This document shows, in pieces, positions 61,094-64,000 of a DNA stretch of 64,000 nt. The notes below the pieces were generated by a model that was not told the origin of the DNA, did no database searches, and saw only the letters and a program-made list of their open reading frames with translations. The stretch is from Paragordius varius (lineage: Eukaryota; Animalia; Nematomorpha): the NCBI GenBank assembly GCA_964247055.1, contig OZ176056.1, forward strand, positions 248,001 through 312,000. The letters are read 5' to 3'. Every line of letters starts with the position of its first letter. Within the stretch, counting starts at the first letter, position 1. The position numbers and the translations under genes are program-made.

Positions 61094-64000
61094 CTTTCAT
61101 ATCCGATTTTTACAACGATACTTTAAAAATTATGGTATTAAACCAGTCGCATCAATACTCATGTTAAACTTTGTCCTTAAAAATCGGATATTGGTCACAG
61201 GTGAACAAAACTATTTTTTATACATTCTCTTAGTAAGACTACATCAAACTATAGAGATAATTTGACAAACTCTTTCATATCCGATTTTTACAACGATACT
61301 TTAAAAATTAATGTATAAAACTAGTCGTATCAATAAATCGCATCAATACTCAAGTTAAACTTTGTCCTTAAAAATCGGATATTGGTCACCGGTGAACAAA
61401 ATTATTTTTTATACATTCTCTTAGTAGGACTACATCAAAATATAGAGATAGTTTGGCAAACTGTTACATATCCGATTTTTACAACGATACTTTAAAAATT
61501 AATGTATAAAACTAGTCGCATCAATACTCAAGTTAAACTTTGTCCTTAAAAATCGAATATTGGTCACCGGTGAACAAAATTATTTTTTATACATTCTCTT
61601 AGCAAGACTACATCAAAATATAGAGATAGTTTGACAAACTCTTTCATATCCGATTTTTACAACGATACTTAAAAAATTATGATATTAAACCAGTCGCATC
61701 AATACTCAAGTTAAACTTTGTCCTTAAAAATCGGATATTGGTCACCGGTGAACAAAATTATTTTTTTTACATTCTCTTAGTAAGACTACATCAAAATATA
61801 GAAATAGTTAGACAAACTCTTTCATATCCGATTTTTACAACGATACTTTAAAAATTATGGTATTCAACCAGTCGCATCAATACTCATGTTAAACTTTGTC
61901 CTTAAAAATCGGATATTGGTCACCGGTGAACAAAACTATTTTTTATACATTCTCTTAGCAAGACTACATCAAAATATAGAGATAGTTTGACAAACTCTTT
62001 CATATCCGATTTTTACAACGATACTTTAAAAATTATGGTATTAAACCAGTCGCATCAATACTCAAGTTAAACTTTGTCCTTAAAAATCGGATATTGGTCA
62101 CCGGTGAACAAAATTATTTTTTATACATTCTCTTAGTAGGACTACATCAAAATATAGAGATAGTTTGGCAAACTGTTACATATCCGATTTTTACAACGAT
62201 ACTTTAAAAATTAATGTATAAAACTAGTCGCATCAATACTCAAGTTAAACTTTGTCCTGAAAAATCGAATATTGGTCACCGGTGAACAAAATTAGTTTTT
62301 ATACATTCTCTTAGCAAGACTACATCAAAATATAGAGATAGTTTGACAAACTCTTTCATATCCGATTTTTACAACGATACTTTAAAAATTATGGTATTAA
62401 ACCAGTCGCATCAATACTCAAGTTAAACTTTGTCCTTAAAAATCGGATATTGGTCACCGGTGAACAAAATTATTTTTTATACATTCTCTTAGCAAGACTA
62501 CATCAAAATATAGAGATAGTTTGACAAACTCTTTCATATCCGATTTTTACAACGATACTTTAAAAATTATGGTATTAAACCAGTCGCATCAATACTCAAG
62601 TTAAACTTTGTCCTTAAAAATCGGATATTGGTCACCGGTGAACAAAATTATTTTTTATACATTCTCTTAGTAAGACTACATCAAAATATAGAAATAGTTT
62701 GACAAACTCTTTCATATCCGATTTTTACAACGATACTTTAAAAATTATGGTATTAAACCAGTCGCATCAATACTCATGTTAAACTTTGTCCTTAAAAATC
62801 GGATATTGGTCACAGGTGAACAAAACTATTTTTTATACATTCTCTTAGTAAGACTACATCAAACTATAGAGATAATTTGACAAACTCTTTCATATCCGAT
62901 TTTTACAACGATACTTTAAAAATTAATGTATAAATCTAGTCGTATCAATAAATCGCATCAATACTCAAGTTAAACTTTGTCCTTAAAAATCGGATATTGG
63001 TCACCGGTGAACAAAATTATTTTTTATACATATTCTTAGTAGGACTACATCAAAATATAGAGATAGTTTGGCAAACTGTTACATATCCGATTTTTACAAC
63101 GATACTTTAAAAATTAATGTATAAAACTAGTCGCATCAATACTCAAGTTAAACTTTGTCCTTAAAAAATCGAATATTGGTCACCGGTGAACAAAATTATT
63201 TTTTATACATTCTCTTAGCAAGACTACATCAAAATATAGAGATAGTTTGACAAACTCTTTCATATCCGATTTTTACAACGATACTTTAAAAATTATGGTA
63301 TTGAACCAGTCGCATCAATACTCAAGTTAAACTTTGTCCTTAAAAATCGGATATTGGTCACCGGTGAACAAAATTATTTTTTATACATTCTCTTAGTAAG
63401 ACTACATCAAAATATAGAAATAGTTTGACAAACTCTTTCATATCCGATTTTTACAACGATACTTTAAAAATTATGGTATTAAACCAGTCGCATCAATACT
63501 CATGTTAAACTTTGTCCTTAAAAATCGGATATTGGTCACCGGTGAACAAAACTATTTTTTATACATTCTCTTAGTAAGACTACATCAAACTATAGAGATA
63601 ATTTGACAAACTCTTTCATATCCGATTTTTACAACGATACAAAAATTAATGTATAAAACTAGTCGTATCAATAAATCGCATCAATACTCAAGTTAAACTT
63701 TGTCCTTAAAAATCGGATATTGGTTACCGGTGAACAAAATTATTTTTTATACATTCTCTTAGTAGGACTACATCAAAATATAGAGATAGTTTGGCAAACT
63801 GTTACATATCCGATTTTTACAACGATACTTTAAAAATTAATGTATAAAACTAGTCGCATCAATACTCAAGTTAAACTTTGTCCTTAAAAATCGAATATTG
63901 GTCACCTGTGAACAAAATTATTTTTTATACATTCTCTTAGCAAGACTACATCAAAATATAGAGATAGTTTGACAAACTCTTTCATATCCGATTTTTACAA

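Larger units (their letters stand above)
1..64000 (+). repeat. 178-bp AT-rich satellite DNA tandem array (about 350-355 head-to-tail monomers; extends past both window edges)
   Basis: The motif (c/g)tttcatatccgattttt recurs at 1, 179, 370, 548 and onward to the end of the window. Spacings are 178 bp (basic), 191 bp (+13 insertion), 180 bp (catataaaaa variant) and 176 bp (tttttaccgat variant). The core ggtcaccggtgaac, or a 1-2 nt variant of it, appears in the same orientation throughout, and I saw no unique sequence anywhere. Confidence 0.99.

Noticed and set aside
1-64000. Protein-coding ORF running through the repeats (repeat-protein gene)
   Set aside because: Stops close all frames in each monomer. 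On the plus strand taa occurs at 31, 38 and 45 (three frames), and in the atggt class at 31, 72 and tga at 170. On the minus strand tca at 4, tta at 17 and tta at 30 cover all three frames. No ORF can exceed about one monomer.
1-64000. CRISPR array with palindromic repeat tcaccggtga
   Set aside because: The sequence between palindromes is the same in each unit, so there are no unique spacers, and there is no cas gene or leader.
1-64000. 5S rDNA, tRNA or snRNA tandem cluster; telomeric repeats
   Set aside because: The unit is about 72% AT with no recognisable 5S, tRNA or Pol III box motifs, and there are no ttagg, ttaggg or tttaggg runs.
1-64000. Transposon insertion or orientation switch within the array
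   Set aside because: Reading through, every segment I examined aligns to the monomer in the same orientation. I saw no foreign sequence, target-site duplication or reverse-complement block.

Overview
The whole 64 kb window is one uninterrupted, single-orientation tandem array of an AT-rich satellite DNA, which is most consistent with eukaryotic heterochromatin or a (peri)centromere. The organism cannot be identified from the sequence. The basic monomer is 178 bp and about 27.5% GC (49 G+C in 178, counted on the consensus). Consensus, phased to window position 1: ctttcatatccgatttttacaacgatactttaaaaattaatgtataaaactagtcgcatcaatactcaagttaaactttgtccttaaaaatcggatattggtcaccggtgaacaaaattattttttatacattctcttagtaagactacatcaaaatatagagatagtttgacaaact. 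Recurrent length variants are 191 bp (13-bp internal duplication), 180 bp and 176 bp, giving roughly 350-355 monomers. I found no CDS, RNA gene, transposon insertion, CRISPR array or strand inversion, and no evidence of a new gene system. The interesting content is structural. First, there is a patchwork of nested higher-order repeats (HORs) with periods of 4, 6, 7, 8, 11, 12, 15, 20 and 30 monomers, traceable through private SNP/indel markers. Second, there are two spatially segregated monomer subfamilies. Third, there are mappable chimeric monomers, a short conversion-like patch and one apparent templated insertion. Fourth, the monomer is dense in dyad symmetries. All periods were obtained by hand from marker coordinates and checked against monomer-length arithmetic. 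No full alignment was run, so block edges are approximate (about +/- one monomer).
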